Shown piece after piece: positions 1-15,093 of a stretch of DNA of 64,000 bases (position 1 is its first letter; each line of letters begins with the position of its first letter). A program made the position numbers and the translations under genes. Below the pieces are notes generated by a model. It searched no databases. It saw only the letters and a list, made by a program, of their open reading frames with translations, and was not told where the DNA came from. Source of the stretch: Octopus sinensis (Eukaryota); the NCBI RefSeq assembly GCF_006345805.1, contig NC_043005.1, forward strand, positions 76,508,001 through 76,572,000, written 5' to 3'.

Positions 1-180
1 TACTCATGATCAAATCTCATAACTTTCATATACTATATCACTCACATAAATCAACACTCAATCAAACCAGTTTTGTAGAAAAATCATCACGTATTACAAT
101 ATTTACGTGAGTCATGGACTGCTTTAGTCAAATCTTTATTCACTCAGTCACTTCCACATTAAGTCATATGGTCAACTTAG

Positions 181-221
<41 letters not shown>

Positions 222-572
222 TATATATATTATATATATATATATATAGTATATATATATGTATGTATATATATATATGTATATATATATATATAATATA
301 TATATATATACACACACATACATACATACACAGTAATCCCTCGCCATATCGCGGTTCACCGATCGTGGTTTATTATTTAAGCTTACGTCGATTCCTCTGT
401 GGTTTTTATACAAATAAATATATACAAATCATAAAAATAATAAAAATTATACAGTACAGTACTGTTTCTACTTCACGGATTTTCACCTATTATGGAAGGT
501 TTTGGAACGTAACACCCGTGATGGTCAAGGGAATAATATATCTATCTATCTATCTATCTATATCTCTCTCTG

Positions 573-692
<120 letters not shown>

Positions 693-1691
693 ATAATAAA
701 AGGGTAAGTAATTTTTTCGATGGTTTTTCAGACAACCAACAATTATTTACCGGTAGATTTCGGTATGTAAATATGACTTTTAGCGCCGGGAACTTCTGTG
801 GAGTTCAGTATATATATATAGTATATAAGTAAAAGGGCAGGCAACATATATACATATATATATATAATATATATATATATTATATATATATAATTATTAT
901 TATTTGAGGAAATAAAATCCAAACTTACCAGGAAAAAGAATTCAATTTAGAAATACTAAATCAAATTCCACACAATATAATAAATATATAAAAATAATAT
1001 TAGAAAAAAACGACCTATTATATGTAATTTTCTAGATGGTGTAATTTAATTATTCATTTTGAATTGATAAAAGGTGTTTTTTTTCCTAATATTTTTCATA
1101 TATATATATATCTACAATGTAAATCCCGTTCTGTCTGTGTGTGTGTAAAAGATTATAATGGCTGTATTTTTCAACTGATTTTCTCCAAACTGGGAACATA
1201 CATTACTTATGATCCAGGGATGGTTTTAGACTATTAAAATTTTCCACATAATGAGTAACATTATGTCCTTGGAGGGACAAAAAAATCTGTAGAAGTCCAT
1301 CGGATGGATAGTAACTGCTCTTCAATAATCCAACCATATATTCCGTGAGGCTGAATCAGCTTTACAAATAAGTGGAGGAAACTCGTGTTTTGTAGAATAC
1401 TCTGAGACGCACATGTTTGATAATGGGTATGTAGGTCACTTGGCCAAACACGTCAATGTTCATCGTCGATATCGACGGAGAATCTATCAATTATTATATA
1501 ACGTGTAATTTCTTTATTTAATTTGGTAGAGTGTGATTTGAGAGAAATCGGATTGAGGCTATAGTAGAAGATTCTTGCTCTGCATGGTACCTTGGGCAAG
1601 TGTCTTCTATTGTAGCCTCCAGCCGACTAAAGCCTTCTGAATAGATTTGGTGGAAGGAAACTGAAAGAAGCCTGTCGTGTGTATATATTTA

Positions 1692-1806
<115 letters not shown>

Positions 1807-2008
1807 ATATATATATATATATATATATACATACTAAGCAATAAGGGTTTAGCAACGAATTGCCTTATTGCTTAGTATTACTTAAACCCTTATTGCTTAG
1901 TATTACTTAAATTTTCCGCGAATGAGGCTTTTACATGCCGAAGACTACTTGGTGTAATTGATAATTATTCCAAATTAATTAATTTCACCCTTCATTATTA
2001 CGGATAAC

Positions 2009-2041
<33 letters not shown>

Positions 2042-3089
2042 GTGTGTGGTGTGTGTGTGTGTGTGAGTGTATGTGTGTGTGTGTGTGCGTGTCCTACCTC
2101 CGCTTCACAACCTCTGCTGGTGTGTTTACGTCCCCGTAATCTAGCGGTTCGCTAACGGAGACCCGATAGAATAAGTACTGAGGTTTAACTCTTTAATGTT
2201 CAGATTACTCTGTAAAATGTAATACTTTTTCACTCAAATTGTTTTGAATTAATCATGCACTATGTTATATCTTTGATGTTTCAATGATGTGATTGTCTAT
2301 TTTTAGAATGTCAATGTAGGTTAGGTGTAAGAAGCTGGATATGGCCAGTTTGAATATAAAACATATAGAATATCTGGGCCAGATATGGCCGGTTTAAACA
2401 CTAAAGGGTTAAATAAAAAATAAGTGCTGGTATTGGTTCATTCAACTAAAAGTTCGGCAAGGTGATGCCCCAGTATCGCTGCAGTCTATTGTCCGAAACA
2501 AGTAAAAGGAAAAAAACAAAAAAAAAAAAACAGGGTGACGGCGTATAGTCTCCGCAGTCGGTTGTGTGTACGGACTGAAATCGAAGATGATAGGATAAGA
2601 TATAATACATCATATAAAGGAATAATACATACTTTATTCCTTGCATTCTGCTTCAAACTCGTTTTGTGTTTCTTTTAGCCTTTCACCCTTCTAAATTAGA
2701 TGCAATTTCTTTCAGTAACAAAATGAATAGTCTCAATCGGTTTTATGGAAAAGATACGTCGTGAAATTAGCAAAAATAAATGAAGTCTACATCAAGATAG
2801 ACCATGGTTCGGGTCAATTACCAGCTGAAATAAGTCATTTCTCTGACATCGACCAATAACTTTTACAATGGCATTAACGGCACAGCATTATATTTCTGTC
2901 TTCTCTAAAAATAAAGGTCTTCTGAGAGTTTTCGGAAGCCATATTTTCAATGCTGCAATACAATAAGGGTCAAATATCTTGCTGTTTCAAATTTCGTAGA
3001 ATCCCATTTTATCTACTGACACTGTATAAAAGTTCCAAAATCATATATTTCTTATAACAGGCAATTATGATGGCAATAATTGTAGAATT

Positions 3090-3290
3090 CTAGGGCTGGC
3101 AGAATCGCTAAGCATTGGCGAAGTGCTTAGCAGTATTTCGTCTGCCGTTTCGTTCTGAGTTCAAACTCCGCCAAGGTCGACTTTGCCTTTCATTCTTTGG
3201 GGGTCTATAAATTAAGTACCAGTTGCCTACTGCGATCGATCTAATCGACTGGCCGCCTTCTCCAAAATTTCGGGCATTTCGCCCGGCGCA
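3090..3290 (+). mobile_element. SINE family 1, tail A (older copy)
   Basis: CTGGCAGAATCG...GTTCTGAGTTCAAACTCCGCCAAGGTCGACTTTGCCTTTCAT. Further diverged copies near 3570, 5190, 7010, 12060, 12300, 44840, 48330-48750, 53285. Confidence 0.8.
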
Positions 3291-3415
3291 CTAACGATTC
3301 TGCCACATGGCCGCCTCCTTTAACTTTCTAATATTGATACAAGAAGTAAGGCGGTGAACAGCTTTCCGCACGTCTTTACATCTCAAGTTCAAATTCTTTC
3401 CCCTACACACACACG

Positions 3416-3523
<108 letters not shown>

Positions 3524-6500
3524 TGTGTGTATTTATTTATTTATACATGTACACGATGTCCTTAGGAACATTTCACCCGTTTTCCTATTCTGAATTCAAT
3601 TTCCACTGATGTCGACTTTGCCTTTCATCCTTTCAGTGTCGTTGAAATAAGTACTTGTTGAGTGCTGGGGTCAATGTAATCAACTCGCCCCTCACCCGAA
3701 ATTTCTGCTTTGCGCCAAAATATGAAACTGGCATTGATAAAAAAAAAAGTGCATACTCTATTACGTACTAGTATTTTCCAATGTATCAAAATCCATCTGT
3801 CCATGTTTGAAACCCACAATAAGTAAGTGTTATTTTGAAAATCTGGCGCTTCGGAATTAATAGTAAAGATAGTTAAAAGTTTCCTTGTTTTCTTTTGGGC
3901 AAACATGTAATTCATTAAAGCCAGTCCTTTCTTCCTTAAAGGTTATGTATGTAGGAAAAAACATTGCTTAAGTGCCAACATACTCGGGAATCAATCCACC
4001 ATCTTATTTTCATCCCTCTGGTGAATTACTGCATATTTTGGTACGTAAAACGTAACAGTTCATGATAGATCGACGCTGCAATTTCCTTACTTAGCTTTTC
4101 ATAAAATATGAAGTGGTATGTTTATATAATTATAACCGCATTATTGAAATATCAAGGGAAAGAAGAAGGCAATGAAACTGCAATCTTTCATCTCTTTTCA
4201 AATCACATCTCAACTATGGACAGCACTCTCTCTGTGTAATGAGTATCTAGTGAAATGCGAACGGCGTAATGTTGCAATAAATTTGTTAAGACAATTTATC
4301 ACGATCCCGTGACAGATTTGCCATTTACAATTTTCACAAAATTGTGAAGTAAGCAAATATAAATAATTTCGAAACCACAAAATGATTGGAAATTATTTAT
4401 ATATTTTACATATGACTCATTGATGTATATTTTGTTTGTATTGTTTATTTGTATTATCTTTTATCTTTTATCTTTTACTTGCTTCAGTCATTGAACAGCG
4501 GCTATATTGGGGCATCGCCTTAAAGTAATTTAGTTGAACAAAATGATTCCAGTACTTAATTTTTTAAGTCTGGTACTTATTCTATTGGTATCATCTTTTA
4601 CCGAAGCGCTAGGTTACGGGGATGTGAACAAACCAATACTAGTTGTCAACTGGTGGTGTAGGGTAACCACAGGCACAAGATAACTCACTCTCTCTCACAC
4701 ACAAGTACTACACAACATACATGTATCTTTATACACACATATGAAGGGCTTCTTTAAGTTTTGGTCTACCAAATCCACTCACAAGACTTCAAGTTGTCTG
4801 AGACGAAAATGAAAGTGAATTGCAGAAGGACTGAACCCGCCGGCGAGGTGGAAGAATCATTACTACACCGAACAAACTGCTTAGCGATATTTCTTACGGC
4901 TTTTTACACACTGGTGGAGGAGCGTGGCTTAGTGGTTAAGGTGTTGAACTCATGATCGTAAAGGTTGTGGTTTCGATTCCTGGACCAGGCGATGCGTTGG
5001 GTTCTTGAGCAAAACACTTCATTTCACGTTGCTCCAGTCCACTCTGCTGGCAAAAATGCGTAATCCTGCGCCGGACCGGCGTCCCGTCCAGGTGGAGAAT
5101 TTCTGCCCTACTGAAACCGGGAAACCGGCCCTTATGAGCCTGGCATGGCTCGAGAAAGAACATTTATTTAATTTATTTTTTACACATTGAGTTCAAATAC
5201 CACCGTCTTCAACTTTCCCTTTCATCCTCTCGGGGTCGATAAAAAAAGCACCAGCTAAGCGCTGCGGTCGAAGCAATGGTCTAGTCCCCCCCACCAAATT
5301 TCAGGCCTTGTGCCTATACCAGAAATAATTTTACATTCATTAATATATATTTTGCGCATGTTTGTTATGACATAATCGTTTGTATCGTATATATTTCCCA
5401 CAGATTTCCCGGCGTTTCGTTATTGTTTATTCAAGCTGACAGAGCGAATACATGAATACATTTATATTTATTCTTGGTATCAGCTTTGTTGACGTTTTAT
5501 GTTACGTTTATAGCTGTTTATATTTGATTTGTGTAATGCATCCAACAAACAATTTTCGACAGCCGCTATTGTTTAACTGATGTGATTTTAAATCAATTAG
5601 TCTAAAAATATTTAGGATCAAAAACTAAATGTACAGGTTTTATTTGAAAATATTAAATATTGTTTTATTTTCTACTTATTCTGCATGATTTAAGTTTGAT
5701 ATAAATACGCTATTATTTTAAATAACATTGCAACATATTGCTTAAATTATGCCCCCAAACAAAATCTGCATAATACGGTAATGAACGGTATTATTCTGTT
5801 GTGGTGGTAGAAACAGAATTTGGCAATTATTTCCCTTGTTTAAGTTTATTTTGAACCTCGCTTTTCTAATTTTGAATCAAGTCGAGGTGGACTTTAACTA
5901 TTTGTCATTTAATAAATATCAGATATATTTCATATTTTACTAGCTTCACTCACTGGACTACGGCCATGCTAGAGCATTGTCTTGAAAGGTCTACTTGAGC
6001 AAATCGCCTCTACTACTCCTTGTTTGAAGTCTCGTACTTATAGGATTGGTTCTCTTTTGCCGAATCGCTAAGTTATGGAGACATAAACTATCTAACATCG
6101 TTTATCAAGCGGTAGAGGTGGGACAAATGCAAAGACATACATACATACATACATACATACATACATACATACATACATACATACGTATATAAATACATAT
6201 ATATGAATGTATGTGTTTGTATGGTGGGCTTCCACACACTTACCGTCTACTAAATTCACTCACAAGGCAATAATAATCGGCCCGGAGATATAATAGAAGA
6301 CACTTGCTCAAATTGACGTGCAGTGAGACCGAACCCAGAACCCACTGATCGCAAAACCCGCTTCTTAGCTATACAGCCATACATGCACCTATGCTGATTA
6401 TTATTTTACAAGATGCAGAAACTTGCATTAATAGGGAGCATGAACTAGGACTGTACGGAATTTATTCTTTCCTTCGAACTGTTATGTAGAAATGAATTAC

Positions 6501-8278
6501 AATGGTAAACGGACCCCCAGCCTATCCTTTCCAACTTTGTTGTTATCAATTGCTCGCTTACATGAATAACCCATATTTCATTCCTCCAAGCTAAACCTTA
6601 TCCCATTCATATGAAATATCCACAAAATCTGATAGATCTCTGTTATTAATTCTGATTATTTCATTTTACTGAAAAACATGTTATAAACAAGATATTAAAA
6701 TGCCGCAAGTAAAAGCTCAGTATATCGTTCATTTTATTGATTAGCGCTAGAGATTTTGGTCTAGGAAAACTGTTTAGCTTCAGAGCTACACAGAGGACGA
6801 AATAATTGACAAATAAATAAATAGAATTAACAAACATGAATATTTTAAAAAACATGATAAAATATCAATCTCTAATGTTTATAACCGAAATCTGAAGCAT
6901 TTTCTAAGTTGCTCAATAAATTCAAAATAAAACTGCGAAGGGTTGTTATGTTGTGTATATTTTTCCATATATTAGCTTCAAATTTTAGCACAAAGCCAGC
7001 AACTCCACTGCTCAACTGGTACTTATTTCATCGGCCCCGGAAGGATGAAATGTAAAGTCGACCTCAGCGGAATTTGAACTCAGAACGTACAAAGACAGGT
7101 AAAGTGCTGGTAGGCATTTTTTCCCCCAGCGTGCTAACAATTCTGCCAAGCACGCCAGCTTTGGTATAATGAAGATATCAAAAACAGAAAAGTAAAAGTC
7201 CGGTTTGTGGTTCATTTTACTGCTTAGTGTTAGGGCTTTTGGTCTGGTTTCAGAATTAAACGGTGAATGAAATAACTGCACCCGCCCCACCAAAAAACAT
7301 TGAAACTTCAAAACGTGACAAAATTTTATCTTTAATATTTATAGCAAAGAATCTTCAATATTATATATTCCAATATCTCCAATATGTTAAACATAGAAAT
7401 CAGAAACAGATTCTAAATAGATTCTAGAGAAAAGTGTAGAAGGTTGTGCTGTGCAACGAAGAGTTCTTCCATATATTTCACATTGGTATACATGTCACAT
7501 GCATACCTACCTACCTACCTACATACATGCATACATACATACATTTGTGTATATATGTGTGTATATATTTATGTTACGTAATGCATATATATCTATGTAT
7601 ATGTGTTTATATATGCACATACATACATATGTGCGTACATATTTCTTATTGATTAGATTGTCACAAATGGAAAGCAATTGCATTAATTTCATCGAGAGAA
7701 TGTTTTTTTGTAGAAAAGCAAGTAATATTTTAAGTAAAAAAGGTAAGGTGTACATCTGTTAAAATATTACAAGATTTGTCTTATTTTCACTTACACACAA
7801 ACACATATACACACATGTATACATACATACATACATGTGCACAAATACATAAATGTATATATGTATATACATATATATATTATACATATATTTACTCATA
7901 AGGTATTGGAATCTTACATATAATCTTACATATATACCATTCTACCTAAAAACTGGATCTACCACTTCAATATCCCTACATATCTTACATCTATTGTCTT
8001 TCCTCCACCTCACTCTCTATTTTGTATCCTATCTAAACTAACTATTTCTTATCCTGGGAACAGCTGTAAGACTTTCTATCTATAAATGTTCTAATATCTA
8101 CACAGCCTTGGTTTTTTATATCATTACGCAAAAAATTCTTATATACACACGCTGACATAGAACCAATGTGTACATGTGTATCTTATATATGTATACACAC
8201 ACATACATATATATAGGTATATATACATATATATATATATATATGTGTGTATACACACATACATATATATAGGTATAT

Positions 8279-8320
<42 letters not shown>

Positions 8321-9649
8321 CTATCAATCAACAACCTACCTACCTACCTACCTACCTACCTACTTATCTACATCCATATATACACACATATACACACACA
8401 TGCATACGTACATACATACATACATACATACATACATACATACATACATTCCTCATTATATATTTAATGAACGTGCTAAGAAAAACTGCTCAGAAAAACT
8501 GCTTGTAGCATGTTTTATAACAACACAAACGAAAACAAATGTATATTAAGTAACGCAGGAAACAAATTTTTATTTATTAAAAAACGTCTCCGCTTTCTGA
8601 GAAGTAAGTTCAATCATTTTGTGACATTTGGGATCAACACCAAATGAGAATTGGAAATAATCTCAACCATCAAAATTCACGAAATTAGGCAGGCTGTGAA
8701 GGTCAAAACAGCTTTATTCCCTGCAGACAAGAGAACAGCATTTGACACATGTTTCTGCCTCAATAAGCGTCATCAGCACATTTGTTGTATTACCTTAATT
8801 ACAACAGTAGGAACAGTTAAAAAAGAAAAATATAGTTTTCTTAATGGCGCTTCAGATTTAGATAATTCGTGATTTTGGAAATTACCCGCTTTCTCATTTG
8901 GAGTTGATCCCAATTGCTACTAAACGGTATGTCTATCTTTTTCTAGACGTACAGATAATTTCAATAAATGAATAATATATCTTATTAAAGATTTGTTGAT
9001 CTTTTATGTTCTAAGCATCCTACTGGCCACGTATCCTGTTTTTCTTTCAGTTATGCAGATTACTTACATCGTAAATGTATTCCCCCCTTTGTTTGTGTAT
9101 AAGCTTCTCGCTGCAGCAGATAAGATAGAATAAATAATGTGCCTAGGACGTACATTATGAGTATTACACGTATTCATGGCTGTGTTCTTATCTTTATATA
9201 ATCTATATAATCAGGCTGTTTTCTTTCCTTAACCAAGATGTCAGTTTTGAGGTTTTTAATCCCTTATATTTCAACCATTTGTCACCAATTAATTTGCTCT
9301 CTGTGGAGGCCTGGATAATTTTAATAAATCAAGAATTTATATTATATTATGCATATTCTTTCATTCGTTTCGACCATGTGGCTGCGCTTAAGCTGTAGCA
9401 CCATCATGATTTTGTGCTTTATGATTCCCCTTACGATGATTTCTTCAGGGTAGTTGGGTTGCGCACCACCACTCCTGCGTGGGCCTTTGTCCCGACTGTT
9501 GGATCATTTCGTACATGAGTGAGTTTGACACTGCTGCCCTCGTATACAGACACACACACACGCACACACACGCACGCACGTACGCACACACACACACACA
9601 CACACACATATATACTTATACACGCGTGTATGAGTGTGTGAATAGATGT

Positions 9650-9923
9650 ACTCTTTTACTCTTTTACTTATTTCAGTCATTTGACTGTGGCCATGCTGGA
9701 GCACCGCCTTTAGTCGAGCAAATCGACCCCAGGACTTATTCTTTGGAAGCCTAGTATATATACGACAGGCTTCTTTCAGTTTCCGTCTACCAAATCCACT
9801 CACAAGGCTTTGGTCGGCCCGAGGCTATAGTAGAAGACACTTGCCAAAGGTGCCACGCAGTGGGACTGAACCCGGAACCATGTGGTTGGTAAGCAAGCTA
9901 CTTACCACAGTGCCATTCCTACG

Positions 9924-9926
<3 letters not shown>
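9650..9926 (-). mobile_element. SINE family 2 with internal deletion
   Basis: Reverse complement of the 20060 element, lacking the middle segment. Confidence 0.85.
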
Positions 9927-9959
<33 letters not shown>

Positions 9960-9962
<3 letters not shown>

Positions 9963-10241
9963 GAGTAAACACATAAATGTGAAACAAGGTGGAAAAAGAG
10001 TACTCAAATACCAGTGGTAGAGTAATATGCTTTATTTTAAGCAGCAGAAAATTCAACAAAATCTGTTACTCTGAGTTTCTCGCAGCCGTTCATCAGACAG
10101 TTTTTGCTAGCAAAAACTGTCTGATGAACGGCAACGAGAAACTCAGAGTAACAGATTTTGTTAGCAAAAACTGTCTGATGAACGGCAACGAGAAACTCAG
10201 AGTAACAGATTTTGTTGAATTTTCTGCTGCTTAAAATAAAG

Positions 10242-10273
<32 letters not shown>

Positions 10274-10564
10274 ATATATATATACAGGAGTAAACACATA
10301 AATGTGAAACAAGGTGGAAAAAGAGTACTCAAATACCAGTGGTAGAGTAATATGCTTTATTTTAAGCAGCAGAAAATTCAACAAAATCTGTTACTCTGAG
10401 TTTCTCGCAGCCGTTCATCAGACAGTTTTTGCTAGCAAAAACTGTCTGATGAACGGCAACGAGAACTCAGAGTAACAGATTTTGTTAGCAAAAACTGTCT
10501 GATGAACGGCAACGAGAAACTCAGAGTAACAGATTTTGTTGAATTTTCTGCTGCTTAAAATAAA

Positions 10565-10566
<2 letters not shown>
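9960..10566. repeat. Tandem duplication (325-bp period) of a foldback unit in (TA)n; Penelope-like terminal repeat remnant
   Basis: Two near-identical units starting CAGGAGTAAACAC, each with a long inverted repeat centred on TTTTTGCTAGCAAAAA. Confidence 0.85.
10117..10208 (+). ncRNA. Two tandem minimal type I hammerhead motifs (10117-10154, 10171-10208)
   Basis: CTGT-CTGATGA-ACGGCAACGA-GAAA-CTCAGAG-TA-ACAG: stem I CTGT/ACAG, intact core, near-palindromic stem III. Inverted copy at 10063-10100; repeated at 10388-10532. Confidence 0.7.
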
Positions 10567-10613
<47 letters not shown>

Positions 10614-12557
10614 TATATATTCATGTTTGTGTATATATGATGTATACATATGTATATATGTATGTATGTACCTACGTATATGACGTGATATAAATCTTAA
10701 ATAATGCGTTGAACAATTTTCGAACAACTCGACTCGAACTGAAAGAAAAACGACAATACAATCAGCAGGGCGTATGCAAATTCCACTCAATTTAAATACT
10801 TGTGCTTCTGTTTTGTTCTATTTCGTTGCATAAAGATGTAAATCATCATGTCACCGTTACATTATGATAAATATTTCTATTATGTCTTTGGTACCTGTCC
10901 ATTGATAATGTTCTTGAAATTGTCTCACTTCTTTCACGATGTTCAATTTATCTTCTATGCTTCCGATTTCGTTCCATAGTTATGTTTATTGAACATTTGA
11001 CTGTCGACTTTATCTCATTGTGTTAAACGTTTCTATCTCCTTCTATAACGTTAACTGTTAAATGTGTAACACTCAAGTATTGGCGCCAGCAGACTAGTGC
11101 TATGAATTATGTTGATTTAATACTGAAACTAAATGTCATACACAAACGTTGCTTTAAATTGATCATAGTGTCATAATAATTTATTGATTTTAGCTAAAGT
11201 GCATTCCCATTTATGTCTTATATTTGCTTTAAAATTGAACGCGTTCATTTTTGTTACGTGTCGTAATATTGGAGATAGGGTAAAGCAGTGCAAGGCTATA
11301 CAAATACAACTTGTATATCGATAAATGTAATTGTCGTCAGAGATACTAATGACATACTTTAACTGAACTATAGTGGATCTTAGCGTATACCGAACTCCTA
11401 ACGATGTGAGCCGGTATGCGGCTGCTGTATGGTTTGTATTATTTGCATAAGGTTAAAAATGTATTTCTTTGGGCAGAGGATATAATCGATTCAATCAAGC
11501 CCAATACTTAGTTTATTTTTACTGCTTTGTCAGTGGAGAACGATCAGTACTCGTTCTCTGTTTTTAACGCCTTCGAGGCTGTGAAAAGCAAAAGAGAGCA
11601 AGAAGCTAAGTTTTGCAGTAGTGGAGGGCAGCGCCTCAACATATCGATTTGTCCTCAAAAAGCTGACACCATTAGAATAAATCTATCTGAGAAACTATTA
11701 TAATCCATTCATCGGATTATCTTACAGTCTCTAGTTACCAAGTTTCATTCTCAAGGCTTGTGTCATCTCGTGGTTATGTTGAAGATACTTTTTCTTACGT
11801 ATGGCAGCACAGTGAATCTTGCTCTGAATAATAAGCGAACTTAGAACAAGAAATATCAAAATATCGCAAGACGTTGTCCACTGCTTATTGTTTTCCTATG
11901 ACAAAATTATTTACTGCAATGGAAAGTGTATTGACTTTTGCTTTTGATAGCACCCAATGCAGGAAGTACCTGACGATTCTACATCTACGTACCTTCCACA
12001 AGCACCAAGCGGAGAAGATCTATTTATGCAATTTCTGAAACGTTACCGTGGCGGACAAACTGCTTCGCAGCATTTCTTCAAACTTTACATTCTGAGTACA
12101 AATGCCACTGGGGATGTCTTTGTATTTTATCCTTCAGGGTCGATAAAATAAGAACCGTTTGGTCACTGAGTCGATGTAATCGACTTATCCTAAGCTTTGA
12201 AATTGCTGGCATTGCGCCAAAATTGGAAACCGTTTTTATTGCACATAAATATCAGGCGGCTATCTGACTGAATTATTAGCACGTCCTATAAAGTGATTAG
12301 CGACATCTCTTGCCGCTCTTGACGTTCTGAATTCAATTTCCGCCGAGGACGACTTTATCTTTCATCCTTTCGGGGACGATAAAATAAATACCAAATTACC
12401 AATGGTGCCCTGGGTCGATGTAATCGACTAGATATCCCCGCAAAATTACAGGTCTTGTGCCAAAATTCGAAACAGTTATTATACAGAGACATAATACTTG
12501 TGCACCGAGTTCAATACCTAGATCATTGAATCTATACATTTCTATCTGTCTATCTAC

Positions 12558-12604
<47 letters not shown>

Positions 12605-12919
12605 GTATGTATGTATGTATGTATGTATGTATGTATGTATGTATGTATGTGTATCCAACGTTTGAGTAAGAATAATGGCAGTCTTTAACTCGAATGTAGA
12701 GTTTATAATGAGAACTTCTAACGTAGGCGTCAAGCGAGGAAATAAAGGTGTACAATAATAAAATTTATGTATGACACCTGCGTCCGCCTCTATTAAGTAT
12801 TATATAATGACAGACGACACAAGTGAAACATGCAAGTAGAGGAAATATTATACGATACGTACATACATATATAAATACATATATATATAGATATATATAT
12901 ATATGTATACATATGCAAT

Positions 12920-13000
<81 letters not shown>

Positions 13001-13025
13001 CATACATACATACATACATACATAT

Positions 13026-13371
13026 ATCAATGATTGAACAGACAGAACACAACAAGGAGAAAAAGTTAGATGAAAACAGAGCAAACAGGAAACAAGACAA
13101 GAACCTAACAGACGGGGAATATAGACAAGGACACAATACATGGAATATTCGCAGCTGAATTTTCCTCGTCAGTCAAAGACCAAAATATCATCGCGGTTTC
13201 GCACCATTATCATTGAAGTCACGATGATGTTTTGGTCATTGACTGACGAATATTCCGTATATCGTGCCCTTGTGTATATCCCCCAGCTGTTAAGTTTTCG
13301 TCTTGTTTCCTGTTTGCCCTGCTTTTGTCTAACTTTTTCTTTTTACTGTGTTCTGTCTGTTCAATCATTGA
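13026..13371. repeat. Imperfect inverted repeat, arms ~125-150 bp
   Basis: TCAATGATTGAACAGACAGAACAC...GGAATATTCG versus CGAATATTCC...GTGTTCTGTCTGTTCAATCATTGA. Confidence 0.85.
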
Positions 13372-13469
13372 CACATCCATGTAGTGCCACGCACGCCCTG
13401 TTCGTTTATATACATACATATAATATACATGCATACATGCATATATATATATTTGTATGTGTGTGTGTG

Positions 13470-13832
13470 TGGAGGCCCAATATCCCAGTGGTTAGGGAAG
13501 GAAAATCGCGGTCATAGGATCGCGGCTTCGATTCCCAGACCGAGCGTTGTGAGTGTTTATTGAGCGAAAACACTTAAAGCTCTACGAGGCTCCGGCAGGG
13601 GGTGGTGACGAACCGTGCTGTACTCTTTCTCCACACCTTTCTCTCACACTTTCTGTATTTCAAAGGGCCAGCCTTGTCACACTCTGTGTCACGCTGTTTT
13701 TCCAGAGAACTCCGTTAAGGGTACACGTGTCTGTGGAGTGCTCAGCCACTTGCACGTTAATTTCACGAGCAGGCTGTTCCGTTGATTGGATCAGCTGGAA
13801 GCCTCGTTGTCGTAACCGACGGAGTGCCGTTG
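13470..13832 (+). mobile_element. tRNA-derived SINE family 3
   Basis: A/B-box-like CAGTGGTTAG...TTCGATTCCC, TTGAGCGAAAACACTT, tail GTCGTAACCGACGGAGTG. Related heads or copies at ~4913, 23180-23470, 25150, 31435, 43338, 48766, 54480, 61305. Confidence 0.83.
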
Positions 13833-14059
13833 TAGTAATACACACACACACACACACACACACAATTTTCGCTGCTTGGAATGTCGTCTGCTTTATTATG
13901 ACGCACAAATAACGCAAACAGTCAATCAGACATTGTTTGCTTTTGACTTCAGGGATATTTACTCTGCTTCATAGTATCACGTATACAGCTATTTCACAAC
14001 TTATTAAACTATCATAATTTAAAAAAGAAACTAACTACAAACTTTATCTCATCCTGTAA

Positions 14060-14800
14060 TATAAGCATGCATAATGCAATATTATTAAGTACCAAATCAA
14101 AAATTATAGAGATAAAAGAAATGGAGACGACAATTGTAGTTTCAGAATCATTAGGATTTAGACCGTCAACTCTAAAGAACTATAGTCAATCAATCACAAG
14201 TAGTGATACTGAATTCAAATGAACCCACGCTTCTAATATAACATGCCAATGCAGTAAAAAATTGAAAAATATGGAGTCGTTATGTTTATGGGTGAAGGAT
14301 ATCACAAGTTTACTCATAACGTATCCAAACCATCCAGTAAATATTGTAAAATTCCTTTAATCAGTTGAAAGGAAAAGGCGAGAAAGCTGCTGACAGATTT
14401 GCTGCTTCTGTGGATGATTTTAAAATGTTCGAGAAACGATGTAATTTCAGTCACCTTTGGATAATAGGAGAATCAGCAACATCTGACATTAAGATTGTGT
14501 TGGAGTTTCCTGTACAATTTAAGGGAAGAGATAAATAAATACCAAAACTATTACAGAATGACGGCCACTTTTGAAATATTCACTCTCTGAACTCTTAGCT
14601 AAATGGAAGAATTGAGTTCCCATGTTATAAATTATCAAATGATCGTCTTTGGATTGTTGTTAGAAACTAAAATCCCGCTAGAAGCTTGAAACTTAAGCTA
14701 CGGCTTGTTGAACATTCTAATACGTCATGTGCAATGTAAGATGTCTCCAAATCTAGTCTATTTTGTGAAAATCGAAGAGAAAATCTTAAATTATACGTGA
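14060..14800 (+). pseudogene. Decayed Tigger/pogo-like transposase
   Basis: LGFRPSTL; NMESLCLWVKD; FAASVDDFKMFEKRCNF...GESATSD...EFP; YKLSNDRL...NPARSLKLKLRLVEHS. These resemble the CENP-B-like HTH and DDE entry segments. Confidence 0.68.
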
Positions 14801-14967
14801 TTTGTTAATGGGATCGTTCGGTTTGCTGGCAAATCGTTCCTATTAGCTGCCAAATGATACTCTGTGGAAACTTCCGAGTCCAACGTTTTCAGAAAAATCT
14901 TCAGGTCAACCTTAAAATTCCCAGTTGTACATATTCGATAAAGATGTTTTCGTTTTACCTCACACAG

Positions 14968-15093
14968 TTCATTTCATTTTCATTTCATCTAGTTTCAGCT
15001 CACGAGCTGTGGCCATGCTGGGGCACCGTTATTTGGTGTTGCTACATAAATTTACTTCACGAATGCTTTTTAGCATTCGTGAAGTAAAATTAT
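14968..15093 (-). mobile_element. Very short 3' fragment of the 32-36.6 kb LINE family with a 5' foldback
   Basis: Reverse complement GTAGCAACACCAAATAACGGTGCCCCAGCATGGCCACAGCTCGTGAGCTGAAACTAGA matches 36563-36617; (ATGAA)n tail. Confidence 0.78.
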
